Positions 39,601 to 53,000 of a stretch of DNA of 64,000 bases are shown in pieces (positions within the stretch are counted from its first letter, which is position 1; each line of letters starts with the position of its first letter). Source of the DNA: Eledone cirrhosa (taxonomy: Eukaryota); contig OZ024743.1 in the NCBI GenBank assembly GCA_964016885.1, forward strand, positions 266,476,001 to 266,540,000. Reading direction: 5' to 3'. The notes beneath the pieces were generated by a model. It ran no database searches, was not told the origin of the DNA, and saw only the letters and a list, made by a program, of their open reading frames with translations. The position numbers and the translations under genes are program-made.

Positions 39601-40564
39601 TGATTTAAATCAGTAATGTTTAGTTTGTTTGTGATGATAATGTTTTTGAGAATTATGTTAGTCTTGTGTATTATCTTTTGGTTCTGTTTGGAGTTCTAGA
39701 TCTTAGGGAGGGTGTCTCGTTGCCCCATGTCAGATTCTTTCATTTTCATCCATTCGATCATAATTTCATCCTTCAAGTTGGCAAGTTCATTCTCATTCAT
39801 TTCTTTATTATTTACGATCTCATTATTTTCATTTGGAGTTTCATCTTGAGCATGCACTCCCTCCACTTTTTCGATCCTTTCTTTAATTTGTTCTGTTGCC
39901 AGCGATTCCGCCCCAACCCTGGGATTCGAAGTGTTACAATTTACCTCGTTTTCACTGACACATGTTTCATTTTCCCTTCGCTGACTTTGTGCTAATAGCT
40001 TGATCTGATCAATATCTATATCAGTTAGTAACTTTTTTCTTACAATATTTCTTCGTATATTGGCTAGTTTGTTACTGTCAATATAGCCTCTGTTTTCGGG
40101 ATGTTTCTTTTTCCAGTTGATATATGTCTGTTCTGTATTCGATGTATTTGATGGGTAGTACATGGCAGTGTAGAAAGCCCCAAGGACTTCTTTATTATCT
40201 TCCCTTGACCATTTTTCTCTCTTTTTCTTTGGATTTCTTGGTGGTGAGCATGGAGGGCCAACAGTAGGAGTATTCCGGTTATGGGAGGTCTCCAGCTCCG
40301 AAGTGATGGGAAGGTTTGAACCATTAGCTGATTTTTCGACCCCAGTCTGGTTCCTCTCTGAGGGACGCGGCCCTTTTTTACCCGGGTGACGGCCGATCCG
40401 GTATGAGATTTTATCATTAGACATTTACTTTATTTTGTCGCGTTTTATCCTTATCCGCCAAGGGGTAATCATTTCGTGTTACCACTACTAGAACGAGTGT
40501 CAACCAAGACTAGAGGGGTCGTTCTCCCCTAGAGACATGGCTATTCCCCACCGGCCGCCATACT
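36638..40564 (-). mobile_element. Dong/R4-like family A, copy 2 (full length, about 3.9 kb, disrupted single ORF ~40424-36782)
   Basis: N-terminal KWSREDN...HPE...KLANIRR, RT with YMDD, CRVCKKQPETIDHIISMC, RHD, RPDIIL...LIDMS...KLSKY RLE motifs. Several stops and frameshifts. Confidence 0.94.
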
Positions 40565-40587
40565 TTATTATTATTATTATTATTATT

Positions 40588-43500
40588 GAATGCCATGGTT
40601 GACGGAGGCTCGGCTCTGTAAGGTATAGTAATTTTTAACCGTTAAAACAATTGTAAATTGTTTAAAACTTGAACCAAATTGTTGATAAAGACACCCTCCT
40701 CCTCGTGAGAGGGGTCTTTCTGTCCGTTATTTGGCCCTTCGGGGTTAAATAACCAGTTATTGGGGTTTTGTACCCAAAATTTCATTTTAAACAAAAAAAC
40801 ATGGCTACCAAAAAGAAATTTCATACGTCACTCCCACTCATTCCGTCTTCTTCTTCCTCAATCATCACTACAGCAGAGAGAAGATTGTCTCTCTCCCTCC
40901 CTTCTTTAAATGTGTCTCTCTCCCTCCCTTCTCTTTCGCAAGCGACGAAAGAAAAGAAAAGTCTCGTGCAAAGCGTGCAAGGTTTCTCCACGACGACGAC
41001 GACAGCGACGAAACAGGTGTGCGGGAAATACGAAAACCCAGTTCATTCGTCTGACGTCAGGAATAATAGCAGTAGCAGCCGTAATAACAACAGCAACAGT
41101 GACAATGAAAACAACAGTAGCAGCCGCAACAGCATCACCAGCAGCATAAACAACAACATCATTAGCAGCAGCAACACCAACAACAACCACAGCAACAGCG
41201 GCGGAGGCAGTAGTCGTAGTACCTGCAGCAACAAAAGTACCAGCAGCTCTGACGACAACAACAACAGCAGAGAAAAACCAATCTCATTTGCAGGTATTGC
41301 GAAAAACTTGGAAACAATCCTCATAACAAATGAGGAATTAGAGGAAGCGAAGAAGATGGTGACAAAGAACGGACACCGAGCAATCTGCAAGGCAGCGAAA
41401 AATGTTTTCGAAACCCAAGAGCACTGTACGGTCACGTACCGTACAGTAAGTACAAAATCCCGTAGGGTGGAAAGAGCCACAGAGGCCCAAATACAAAAAG
41501 CCTTGGGGTCTGTGTGGCAGAGGAAAACGCACATCACCCGAGGCAAAAAATACGCCACCGTAGACGTACTTTTTGCCACACCCCAGGAGGCAAAGGCCCA
41601 ATCAGTAGTGACCCTAAGGAGCGAGGAAATGGTGTTGGTGCCCTCCTACTGCGGGCAAAAAATTGTGAGGGTCAAACTGACCCACGTCCCCCCCCGGAAT
41701 GACCCCTTCTTGGCTGGCTGCGTCTGTCCTCGTCGGAATCGAGGACAAAACAACTGTACTGCAAGTACAGAAAAAAGTAAGAGAAGATTGGGTCGGCTCC
41801 TCCATTGAGATGCTAATCCAAACCAACCAGGAGTGCATCGAAGCTATCCCGGATGTGATAGACTTCGATAACGGCACTCAACTGCCCATAAGTGTTGAGG
41901 GCAAACGCCCGAAATGCTTTCGCTGTGGATCGAAGACTCACCTCAGGGCCTTCTGCAACGAGAAGACCCTGAGAAAGGAGAAAACCCCCCTCCTTCCGAA
42001 TCCGGCTCCACGGCTACCAGCAACAGGACAAGCGGCAACCAGGAACGATAGGTCCGTGGCACCCATACCCACTCCACGGAAATCAAAGACAGCAGCAGCA
42101 GTGGAAATATTAACAACAACAACAGCAATACCAAATGCAGCTGCAACAGAGACTCCAGTGCAAACATCACCAACAACAACAAGTGAAAGAGTGGAGCTGG
42201 TACCCCTCCCCGACCTTACAGAATCAGACATGGAGTGTGAGGTGGGAGAGGGATGGCAAAAGGTCGCAAGAAGGCACAAACGCAGAAGCAGCGCATCGTC
42301 GCCTTTGAAAAGGGAGGAAAGAAATGAGAAAAGGGTAAAGTCTACTGCAAAGAGACCCACAGCAGCAACACCACCAACACCATCACCACCCACACCAGCA
42401 CCACCATCACCACCGGCGACAACCCCACCGCCAACAACACCTTCAACACCACCACCACAAGCACCAACATCGCAAACACAACAACAAAACACACACACCC
42501 AGCAACAACGACAAGAAAATAGCAGAACCACACCCCACCCCCAGAAAAACAAATGCACGGCAATAAACACACACAACAAGAAACTAATGACTTACATAAT
42601 TGAACACACAGACATTTCACAACAGGACTACATAATACCAGCACCAATCAAAACGCCAACTAACATAAGACTGCTAAAAATAGCACAGAAACAATACACA
42701 AACATTAAAACGAAATTCCCCAACGCAGTTGGTGATTTCAGGGACCTAGGAGGAACCATCAATCGAAGAGTATATTCAGACATTCTCTTAGAAGAGCCGA
42801 CGACCAGCCGAAGGGACGATTCAACGGTCCCTTCACCAGACGATCAAGTGAAAAGGGATGTAAAAACCATCCCTCCTCTACCAAAAGTACGGTAAGTGGT
42901 CTTTCCCATCTTTTCCACTCTATTTAAACATGACCTCACTCAGAATAGGCAGCATAAATGCGCATAGGGTCATCCAGATCATATCTAGATAGAGTATTTT
43001 GTAGGGAAATAGATAGGTCTAGCATAGGCTGTCCACAATTCAAGATAGTCAGCTACACGGACCACAAATTCGTGATCTGTGTGCTTGACTTAGATAGGCT
43101 TCATAGACGAGGACCCGGCTACTGGAAGCTAAACGCGTCCTTACCAGCGCGCAAGGCCTACAGAGACCGGATTAGCGAACTAGTTAAGCGGGCGTTGACG
43201 GGGGCCATCGTCAACAACAAGTGGTGGTTTGCTCTGAAAAGAGCGATTAGAATAGAATCGATTAGGTTTAGTAAGGCTTTAGCAATAGAGAAAAATAGAG
43301 CAGAGGGAGAACTAGTTAGAAAATTAGACGAGGCGCTTAGCAAAGGCATTGCGACCGACGTGCTTGCGGCGAAATTGGCCCTTGACCAATTCTTCAATGC
43401 AAAGCACGAAGGCTGCGTTGTCAGAGCTAGGGTGCGTGCTCTCAGACACGAGGGGACGAAAGCCGTTCAATGGGCCCGAGTGGCGGAGGCGCGTCGTGGC

Positions 43501-46064
43501 AACAAAGCCACGATCCGGTCTTTGGTGGACCACGACGGGCGCATGCTACTCGATCCCGGGCAAATGTGTGAAGCTTTTCAGCGACACTTCGCTCAGCTGT
43601 TCGGGGGCAGCGGGGGGCCGGGTAGAGGGATGGACTTTAGTGTCTACCTCGACGGACTGCCGCGGCTCTCGGCCACTGAGGCGAAGTGTTGCGAAAAGCC
43701 GATAACAGCCGCTGAAGTACGGGAGGCAATGACTGGCTGCACAAGGGGTAAATCGCCTGGTTTGGATGGTCTGCCCTATGAACTTTACGTACAGATGCCA
43801 GACTTGTTCGGAGGCCTCTTGGCGGACGTCTACTGCAACTGGCAACAGAACGGGAGAATTCCCAGTTCTGTGAGCCGAGGAGCGGTGGCACTGCTGAGAA
43901 AGGATCCGAACAAGGGGGATAACATAGACAATTTCCGGCCCATAACTCTGCTAAACACAGAGTTTAAGATTTTGGCCAAGGTGCTAGCAAAGAGGTTGGC
44001 GCTTGTCGTTGGTGGTCTGGTGGGAGAGGCGCAGACATGCGCCATTCCCGACAGATCCATCCACGACAACCTCCACCTCATGCGATACATCGTAGAGAGG
44101 GTAGCTAGGGAACCTGGCACGGGTGGGTCCTTGATCAATTTAGATCAGTCGAAAGCTTTCGATAGGGTCGACCATCGTTACCTAGCGGCAGTCCTGAGGG
44201 CGGCTGGCTTTGGGCCCATCTTCAGAGGCTGGATCGCTGCCATGCACAGCGACATCTGCTCTGTGGTGAGAGTGAACGGTCACCTGTCGGAACCGTTCAA
44301 CATCATGCGCTCGGTCCGCCAAGGATGTCCCCTCTCGTCCCTCTTGTACGTATTGACTCTCGAGCCATTACTGCACAAACTGGAGACGTTGAGGGGAGTC
44401 CCGCGCGAACTAGGATGCGGAAGATCCGTGTCAGCATATGCGGACGATGTCACCGTAGTGGTGTCGAACGCCAAACACATCGAGGCGATCGGCACTACAC
44501 TAAGAGAATACGAAGCGGTGACAGGAGCAATGATCAACCAGGAAAAGTCAGTGGGCCTGCAGCTCGGCACCTGGAGAGGCAGGTCCATGCCGTCCAACAG
44601 CGTCGTCGGGCGCTGGACGGACGGACCGGTTAAATTGCTAGGGGTCTGGTTCGGTCCAGACCTCCAGACGGACAAAAACTGGGACGAGGTGACGAGCAGG
44701 GTGGCTTCTCTCACCCAGAAATGGGCGGAGAGGAAGCTATCCCTGAAAGGTCGAGCGGAGGTGGCTAACGCGTACATCGCGTCTGTCATCTGCTACCGCC
44801 TAACCGTCGTACCTTGTCCTAAGCCTCGCCTGACTGCGCTGGAGCGTTTGCTCTTTCGCTTTTTGTGGAAGGGACGTGCTCCGATGGTCAGGCGGTCCAT
44901 CTGTTGTCAACACCCGCTACGTGGAGGGCTGGGCATGCCGTAGCTGATGATGCGCAGGCACGCGCTCAGGCTACGACATCTCCACCTCTTCCTCGACGGT
45001 GATCAGGTGTGCTCGCCGTTTGCTAGACGCGTTTTTCCCCAGCTCGTTTCCTTGACGGAGCTGCAGTCCTGGGTCAAGCGAAGACCGAGAGGGAGCGCCT
45101 GGAGACTGGAATGTCTTCAGGCGCTCACAGCCCTCGACCAATCGGGCAATGTGATCGGTGGAAACTCCACCTCGGCGTTCTATAGAGGATTAGTGGAGGG
45201 GAAGAGCGACGACGTACTTGGGGAAACTCTAGGCGTCGACGAAAATCAACTAGCCAATCTCTTCGGAAGAACTTTCGGGCCAGGGCCTATGGACAACTTC
45301 CAGAAATCTCTGGCCTGGCAGTGCTACCGAGGAGCCTTGCCAGTTCGGGATAAACTCTACAGGCATGGAGGTGCCGTCAGCCGGGCATGTCCGAGATGCG
45401 CGCAGGGCGACGAAACCGTCCTGCACGCACTCGTCCAGTGTCCGAAAATTGCTGACTTGTGGGTTTATGTCGAACACCTGCTGTCGCGTTTAGGACGGAT
45501 CCAGCTATCATCTGAGTCTATCGTGAGGATTGCCCCGCCCTCCTCCTTTAGCCGGGAAGGGCAGGCAGTTTTTATCTGTCTGGTGGCCATGGCGAAAGAG
45601 ATAGTATGGTGGACACGTTTGAAAGGGCTGAAGACGAGCACTTACCTCTTCGGTGATTCTCTGATTGACTTTTTCAAATTTCATTTGAAAAGGAAAATCA
45701 GAGTAGAGAAGGAAGTGCTCTCTTCCCAGCATTTTGTTGAAAGATGGGTGAGAGAAGCAAGAATGGCCCGAGTGAATGGGCCGACTCTGAGTATATATCT
45801 GTAAACTAAAGGTGGAAAACTGGGAGAGGGCACTTGCCTTGGTGGTCAGGGTCATTGTGGCTTTTTACTGGGCTTTCTCCACAAATGTCCCTCCGAAGTC
45901 TCCCCCCTATTGGGGAATTTTTCATTGTTATTTTCATTGTTATTTTTGTTACATCCTCTGTTTTTGTTTTTTTACACGCAGAAATGCCCATTTGTACCGT
46001 CCTGCATTGTCCTGCACTGTCCTTAATGTCTACTTTATGTAAACCCTTGTGGTTAATAAAGAAA

Positions 46065-46066
<2 letters not shown>
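40588..46066 (+). mobile_element. Tx1-A copy 2 (full 5' end; ORF1 frameshift at a C8 run; 545-bp APE deletion; TAG at 44941)
   Basis: Colinear with 9182-15211. Flanked by ATT tracts 40565-40587 and 46067-46121. Confidence 0.94.
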
Positions 46067-46121
<55 letters not shown>

Positions 46122-46122
<1 letters not shown>

Positions 46123-49100
46123 AGTTGCATTTATCTTGCTTTATGTTCATACGAGTTATCACCAAGTCACAACCAGTGACCTCAAGAGACAACAAGGTCC
46201 GCCATGTTCAAGAAAGAACATACATACTCACACATGCATCTTTAGTGTTTAGACTTGTGATGTACTTATATTGACAGAATCTTCCTTAGTATATGGGCAG
46301 TTCCCATTAGTACTATCTTTTGTATTTCTCCTATACGCGGGTTTCCTGGGATTTGCGATAAGTAATCATTAGACCCCTTAGGTATCATTCCCAGAGCGCC
46401 TACAACCACTGGTATTGTTTTAGTTCTCAATTTCCACATTTTTCCAATTTCTATCTCCAGGTCCTTATACTTGCTCAATTTTTCAAATGTTTTTATAGAT
46501 ACATTCTTGCCTATTGGAACAGACATATCAATTAGCAGGCATACCCTCTTTTTAAAGTCCTTCAATATTATATCAGGTCTATTTGCATCTATTTTTCGGT
46601 CTATTTGGATGCTAAAGTTCCACAAGATTGAGATGTGATATTTTTCAAGTAGGGGATGTGGTTGATGCTCCCACCAATTCTTTTGATGGGGCAGGTCAAA
46701 ATGCTTACACATTATCCAATGTATGTATTGTGCAGCTCTGTCATGCCTGTTTAGGTATTCGGTTGGAGCTATAGGACTGCACATTGAAATTATATGGTCA
46801 ATGGTCTCTGGTTGTTTTTTGCATACACGGCATAATGGGCTGCATCCATTTTTTTTATTATGTTGGCTTGGTAATTTTTTGTTGGCAGACACTGATCTTG
46901 TGCTGATATAATCAGTCCTTCAGTCTCCGATTTCAGTCCAGAGGATGCCAACCACTGATGGGTTAAAGTTTTGTCAACATCAGGATTGTTAGCTCGCTCT
47001 GGGTATTTTCCATACAGAGGCTTTTCTTGCCATTTCTTAGCCAGTTTCTGTAGCAGTTCTTTCTTTGCAGTTACTTTTACCTGCTTTGCTTTTTCTGTGT
47101 TTTCCATTTCAGCAGTAAATGGGACTTCTGAAATTTGTAGTCCATTACTGTATCTTTGTGCATCTTTTGTAATGGAATATGATCTTTTGATGCTTTCGTG
47201 TTTCAAAAGAAGTTTGATCATCCAATCATGTGATTCCCTTAGATATGTAGATAATCCAATTGTTGCAGTTTTCAACGCAATGTCTAACTGGATTAACCCA
47301 CGTCCTCCTTCTTTCCTAGGGAGATATATTCTATCTATATCTGCCTTAGGGTGATGCATTCTGTGCATGGTTAAGAATTTTCGAATTTTTGTATCGAGCC
47401 TACGGATCTCTGTGCTTGACCAGTTGATGACATTGTAACTGTAGGTTACTACTGGTATGGCAAGCGTGTTTATGGCATCGATCCTATTCCTTGCATTCAA
47501 TTCCGTTCTTAAGATTGCTCTTACTCTGCGGTAACATTCCTTCCTTATCCTTTCCCTCATTGTCGAGTGCTTGATTCCGTCTCCTTCACAAACACCTAGA
47601 TATTTGTAAGTTTTTCCTTGATCAAGTTCTCTTATCACGTTCCCCCGATCAAGATTAATGTCTGAACTCTTCAGCAGCTTTCCTCTGGTGAACGTTGCTT
47701 TGGCGCATTTATCTAGTCCAAACTCCATTTAAATGTCATCACTGAACTGCTCCACAGTGGATAATAACCCTTGCAATTGTTCATCATTTTTTGCAAATAG
47801 TTTCAGGTCATCCATGTAGAACAAGTGATTAATGGTTTTGTCATAGACTTTATATCCATGTTTTGTTTCATTGAGCAATTTACTTAATGGTATAAGCGCG
47901 ATGCAGAATAAAAGCGGTGATAAAGAGTCACCCTGAAAAATTCTACAATTAATATTAACTTCTCCAGCTTCCAGTGATTTTGTTTCACTATTCAAAAGGA
48001 GTGTCGTTTTCCATGTCTTCATACTGAATGACAAAAACCTCCTGACAACGGGGGATATTTTGAAAATCTCTAAACATTTTTCAATCCAACTGTGTCGAAT
48101 GCTTTTTTATAATCTATCCAAGCAATCGATAGATTTTTGTGTCTATTATGACAATCTTCCAGTATCATTTTGTTAACCAGACGCTGATCCTTACAGCCAT
48201 ATGAGCCTCGTTTACACCCTTTCTGCTCAATGGGAAATAGGTCATTTGTTATCAGGTGGTCATATGTGTAGTCAGTTAGGACTGATGTTAAAATGTTATA
48301 CATTGTGGTGAAGCAAGTTATCGGTCTGTAATTTTTGGGATTGTTTGTCTCATCATTCTTCGGAAGCAGGAATGTAATGCCGTTAACTAGCCATGATGGT
48401 ATCTTTTCTGGCTCCTTAACTATTTCATTGTAAAGTTGGGCTAACAGCTCATGAGACTCTGTGAAGGCATTTATCCAAAAGTTTTGTATTTTGTCTTTTC
48501 CTGGGGATTTCTATTTGCTGGTTTTTCTTAGAGCCAAGCGCAACTGTTCAACTGTTATATTTTCCCATATTTGTTCCTCAAGGTGAGCTGTATTTTTCAT
48601 TTGTCTGTCTATCCATGGGGCATGTATGTTATGAACTTTTTCTTCGGCCCATATCTTTTCCAAGAATTCTTGCACTTCCTCCTTGGGTGGTATTGATTTA
48701 GCAGTTATTGTTGACTTACCAATTTTTCTGTAGAAGTTTCTTTGGTTGTTTTTGAACATATTATTGTCCTTATAGAATCTAGATCGTTTTTCAAAGCGCC
48801 TTATACGAGCAGCTTTGGCCGACACTTTTTGCTTGATTATTTCTATCAGCATGTCTATGTCACTTGTTGATTTTATACTGTACCTTTTTTTCAATTTTCT
48901 AAGTTTAGTTTGTTTAACATGTTCACATACTTTATAGTTTGTTAAAATTTCTATGTCAGATCGGAGAAGGTTTATTTGGCGATTGATGTTCTCTTGCCAA
49001 GTACATTTCTTGTGGGAATTCCTTTGTTTTTTCATCTTCACTCCACATAAGTGAGTGGTGACTTTAGCCGATGCATAATAGAGATGATTTAAATCAGTAA

Positions 49101-50048
49101 TGTTTAGTTTGTTTGTGATGATAATGTTTTTGAGAATTATGTTAGTCTTGTGTATTATCTTTTGGTTCTGTTTGGAGTTCTAGATCTTAGGGAGGGTGTC
49201 TCGTTGCCCCATGTCAGATTCTTTCATTTTCATCCATTCGATCATAATTTCATCCTTCAAGTTGGCAAGTTCATTCTCATTCATTTCTTTATTATTTACG
49301 ATCTCATTATTTTCATTTGGAGTTTCATCTTGAGCATGCACTCCCTCCACTTTTTCGATCCTTTCTTTAATTTGTTCTGTTGCCAGCGATTCCGCCCCAA
49401 CCCTGGGATTCGAAGTGTTACAATTTACCTCGTTTTCACTGACACATGTTTCATTTTCCCTTCGCTGACTTTGTGCTAATAGCTTGATCTGATCAATATC
49501 TATATCAGTTAGTAACTTTTTTCTTACAATATTTCTTCGTATATTGGCTAGTTTGTTACTGTCAATATAGCCTCTGTTTTCGGGATGTTTCTTTTTCCAG
49601 TTGATATATGTCTGTTCTGTATTCGATGTATTTGATGGGTAGTACATGGCAGTGTAGAAAGCCCCAGGGACTTCTTTATTATCTTCCCTTGACCATTTTT
49701 CTCTCTTTTTCTTTGGATTTCTTGGTGGTGAGCATGGAGGGCCAACAGTAGGAGTATTCCGGTTATGGGAGGTCTCCAGCTCCGAAGTGATGGGAAGGTT
49801 TGAACCATTAGCTGATTTTTCGACCCCAGTCTGGTTCCTCTCTGAGGGACGCGGCCCTTTTTTACCCGGGTGACGGCCGATCCGGTATGAGATTTTATCA
49901 TTAGACATTTACTTTATTTTGTCGCGTTTTATCCTTATCCGCCAAGGGGTAATCATTTCGTGTTACCACTACTAGAACGAGTGTCAACCAAGACTAGAGG
50001 GGTCGTTCTCCCCTAGAGACATGGCTATTCCCCACCGGCCGCCATACT
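46122..50048 (-). mobile_element. Dong/R4-like family A, copy 3 (near-identical duplicate of copy 2)
   Basis: Offset exactly 9484 bp, with the same lesions. Confidence 0.94.
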
Positions 50049-50071
50049 TTATTATTATTATTATTATTATT

Positions 50072-53000
50072 GAATGCCATGGTTGACGGAGGCTCGGCTC
50101 TGTAAGGTATAGTAATTTTTAACCGTTAAAACAATTGTAAATTGTTTAAAACTTGAACCAAATTGTTGATAAAGACACCCTCCTCCTCGTGAGAGGGGTC
50201 TTTCTGTCCGTTATTTGGCCCTTCGGGGTTAAATAACCAGTTATTGGGGTTTTGTACCCAAAATTTCATTTTAAACAAAAAAACATGGCTACCAAAAAGA
50301 AATTTCATACGTCACTCCCACTCATTCCGTCTTCTTCTTCCTCAATCATCACTACAGCAGAGAGAAGATTGTCTCTCTCCCTCCCTTCTTTAAATGTGTC
50401 TCTCTCCCTCCCTTCTCTTTCGCAAGCGACGAAAGAAAAGAAAAGTCTCGTGCAAAGCGTGCAAGGTTTCTCCACGACGACGACGACAGCGACGAAACAG
50501 GTGTGCGGGAAATACGAAAACCCAGTTCATTCGTCTGACGTCAGGAATAATAGCAGTAGCAGCCGTAATAACAACAGCAACAGTGACAATGAAAACAACA
50601 GTAGCAGCCGCAACAGCATCACCAGCAGCATAAACAACAACATCATTAGCAGCAGCAACACCAACAACAACCACAGCAACAGCGGCGGAGGCAGTAGTCG
50701 TAGTACCTGCAGCAACAAAAGTACCAGCAGCTCTGACGACAACAACAACAGCAGAGAAAAACCAATCTCATTTGCAGGTATTGCGAAAAACTTGGAAACA
50801 ATCCTCATAACAAATGAGGAATTAGAGGAAGCGAAGAAGATGGTGACAAAGAACGGACACCGAGCAATCTGCAAGGCAGCGAAAAATGTTTTCGAAACCC
50901 AAGAGCACTGTACGGTCACGTACCGTACAGTAAGTACAAAATCCCGTAGGGTGGAAAGAGCCACAGAGGCCCAAATACAAAAAGCCTTGGGGTCTGTGTG
51001 GCAGAGGAAAACGCACATCACCCGAGGCAAAAAATACGCCACCGTAGACGTACTTTTTGCCACACCCCAGGAGGCAAAGGCCCAATCAGTAGTGACCCTA
51101 AGGAGCGAGGAAATGGTGTTGGTGCTCTCCTACTGCGGGCAAAAAATTGTGAGGGTCAAACTGACCCACGTCCCCCCCCGGAATGACCCCTTCTTGGCTG
51201 GCTGCGTCTGTCCTCGTCGGAATCGAGGACAAAACAACTGTACTGCAAGTACAGAAAAAAGTAAGAGAAGATTGGGTCGGCTCCTCCATTGAGATGCTAA
51301 TCCAAACCAACCAGGAGTGCATCGAAGCTATCCCGGATGTGATAGACTTCGATAACGGCACTCAACTGCCCATAAGTGTTGAGGGCAAACGCCCGAAATG
51401 CTTTCGCTGTGGATCGAAGACTCACCTCAGGGCCTTCTGCAACGGAGAAAACCCCCCTCCTTCCGAATCCGGCTCCACGGCTACCAGCAACAGGACAAGC
51501 GGCAACCAGGAACGATAGGTCCGTGGCACCCATACCCACTCCACGGAAATCAAAGACAGCAGCAGCAGTGGAAATATTAACAACAACAACAGCAATACCA
51601 AATGCAGCTGCAACAGAGACTCCAGTGCAAACATCACCAACAACAACAAGTGAAAGAGTGGAGCTGGTACCCCTCCCCGACCTTACAGAATCAGACATGG
51701 AGTGTGAGGTGGGAGAGGGATGGCAAAAGGTCGCAAGAAGGCACAAACGCAGAAGCAGCGCATCGTCGCCTTTGAAAAGGGAGGAAAGAAATGAGAAAAG
51801 GGTAAAGTCTACTGCAAAGAGACCCACAGCAGCAACACCACCAACACCATCACCACCCACACCAGCACCACCATCACCACCGGCGACAACCCCACCGCCA
51901 ACAACACCTTCAACACCACCACCACAAGCACCAACATCGCAAACACAACAACAAAACACACACACCCAGCAACAACGACAAGAAAATAGCAGAACCACAC
52001 CCCACCCCCAGAAAAACAAATGCACGGCAATAAACACACACAACAAGAAACTAATGACTTACATAATTGAACACACAGACATTTCACAACAGGACTACAT
52101 AATACCAGCACCAATCAAAACGCCAACTAACATAAGACTGCTAAAAATAGCACAGAAACAATACACAAACATTAAAACGAAATTCCCCAACGCAGTTGGT
52201 GATTTCAGGGACCTAGGAGGAACCATCAATCGAAGAGTATATTCAGACATTCTCTTAGAAGAGCCGACGACCAGCCGAAGGGACGATTCAACGGTCCCTT
52301 CACCAGACGATCAAGTGAAAAGGGATGTAAAAACCATCCCTCCTCTACCAAAAGTACGGTAAGTGGTCTTTCCCATCTTTTCCACTCTATTTAAACATGA
52401 CCTCACTCAGAATAGGCAGCATAAATGCGCATAGGGTCATCCAGATCATATCTAGATAGAGTATTTTGTAGGGAAATAGATAGGTCTAGCATAGGCTGTC
52501 CACAATTCAAGATAGTCAGCTACACGGACCACAAATTCGTGATCTGTGTGCTTGACTTAGATAGGCTTCATAGACGAGGACCCGGCTACTGGAAGCTAAA
52601 CGCGTCCTTACCAGCGCGCAAGGCCTACAGAGACCGGATTAGCGAACTAGTTAAGCGGGCGTTGACGGGGGCCATCGTCAACAACAAGTGGTGGTTTGCT
52701 CTGAAAAGAGCGATTAGAATAGAATCGATTAGGTTTAGTAAGGCTTTAGCAATAGAGAAAAATAGAGCAGAGGGAGAACTAGTTAGAAAATTAGACGAGG
52801 CGCTTAGCAAAGGCATTGCGACCGACGTGCTTGCGGCGAAATTGGCCCTTGACCAATTCTTCAATGCAAAGCACGAAGGCTGCGTTGTCAGAGCTAGGGT
52901 GCGTGCTCTCAGACACGAGGGGACGAAAGCCGTTCAATGGGCCCGAGTGGCGGAGGCGCGTCGTGGCAACAAAGCCACGATCCGGTCTTTGGTGGACCAC

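Noticed and set aside
40690-40720. CTCCTCGT resembling the L3 loop of an HDV-like ribozyme
   Set aside because: No P1, P2 or J4/2 partners found; it folds as a simple hairpin.
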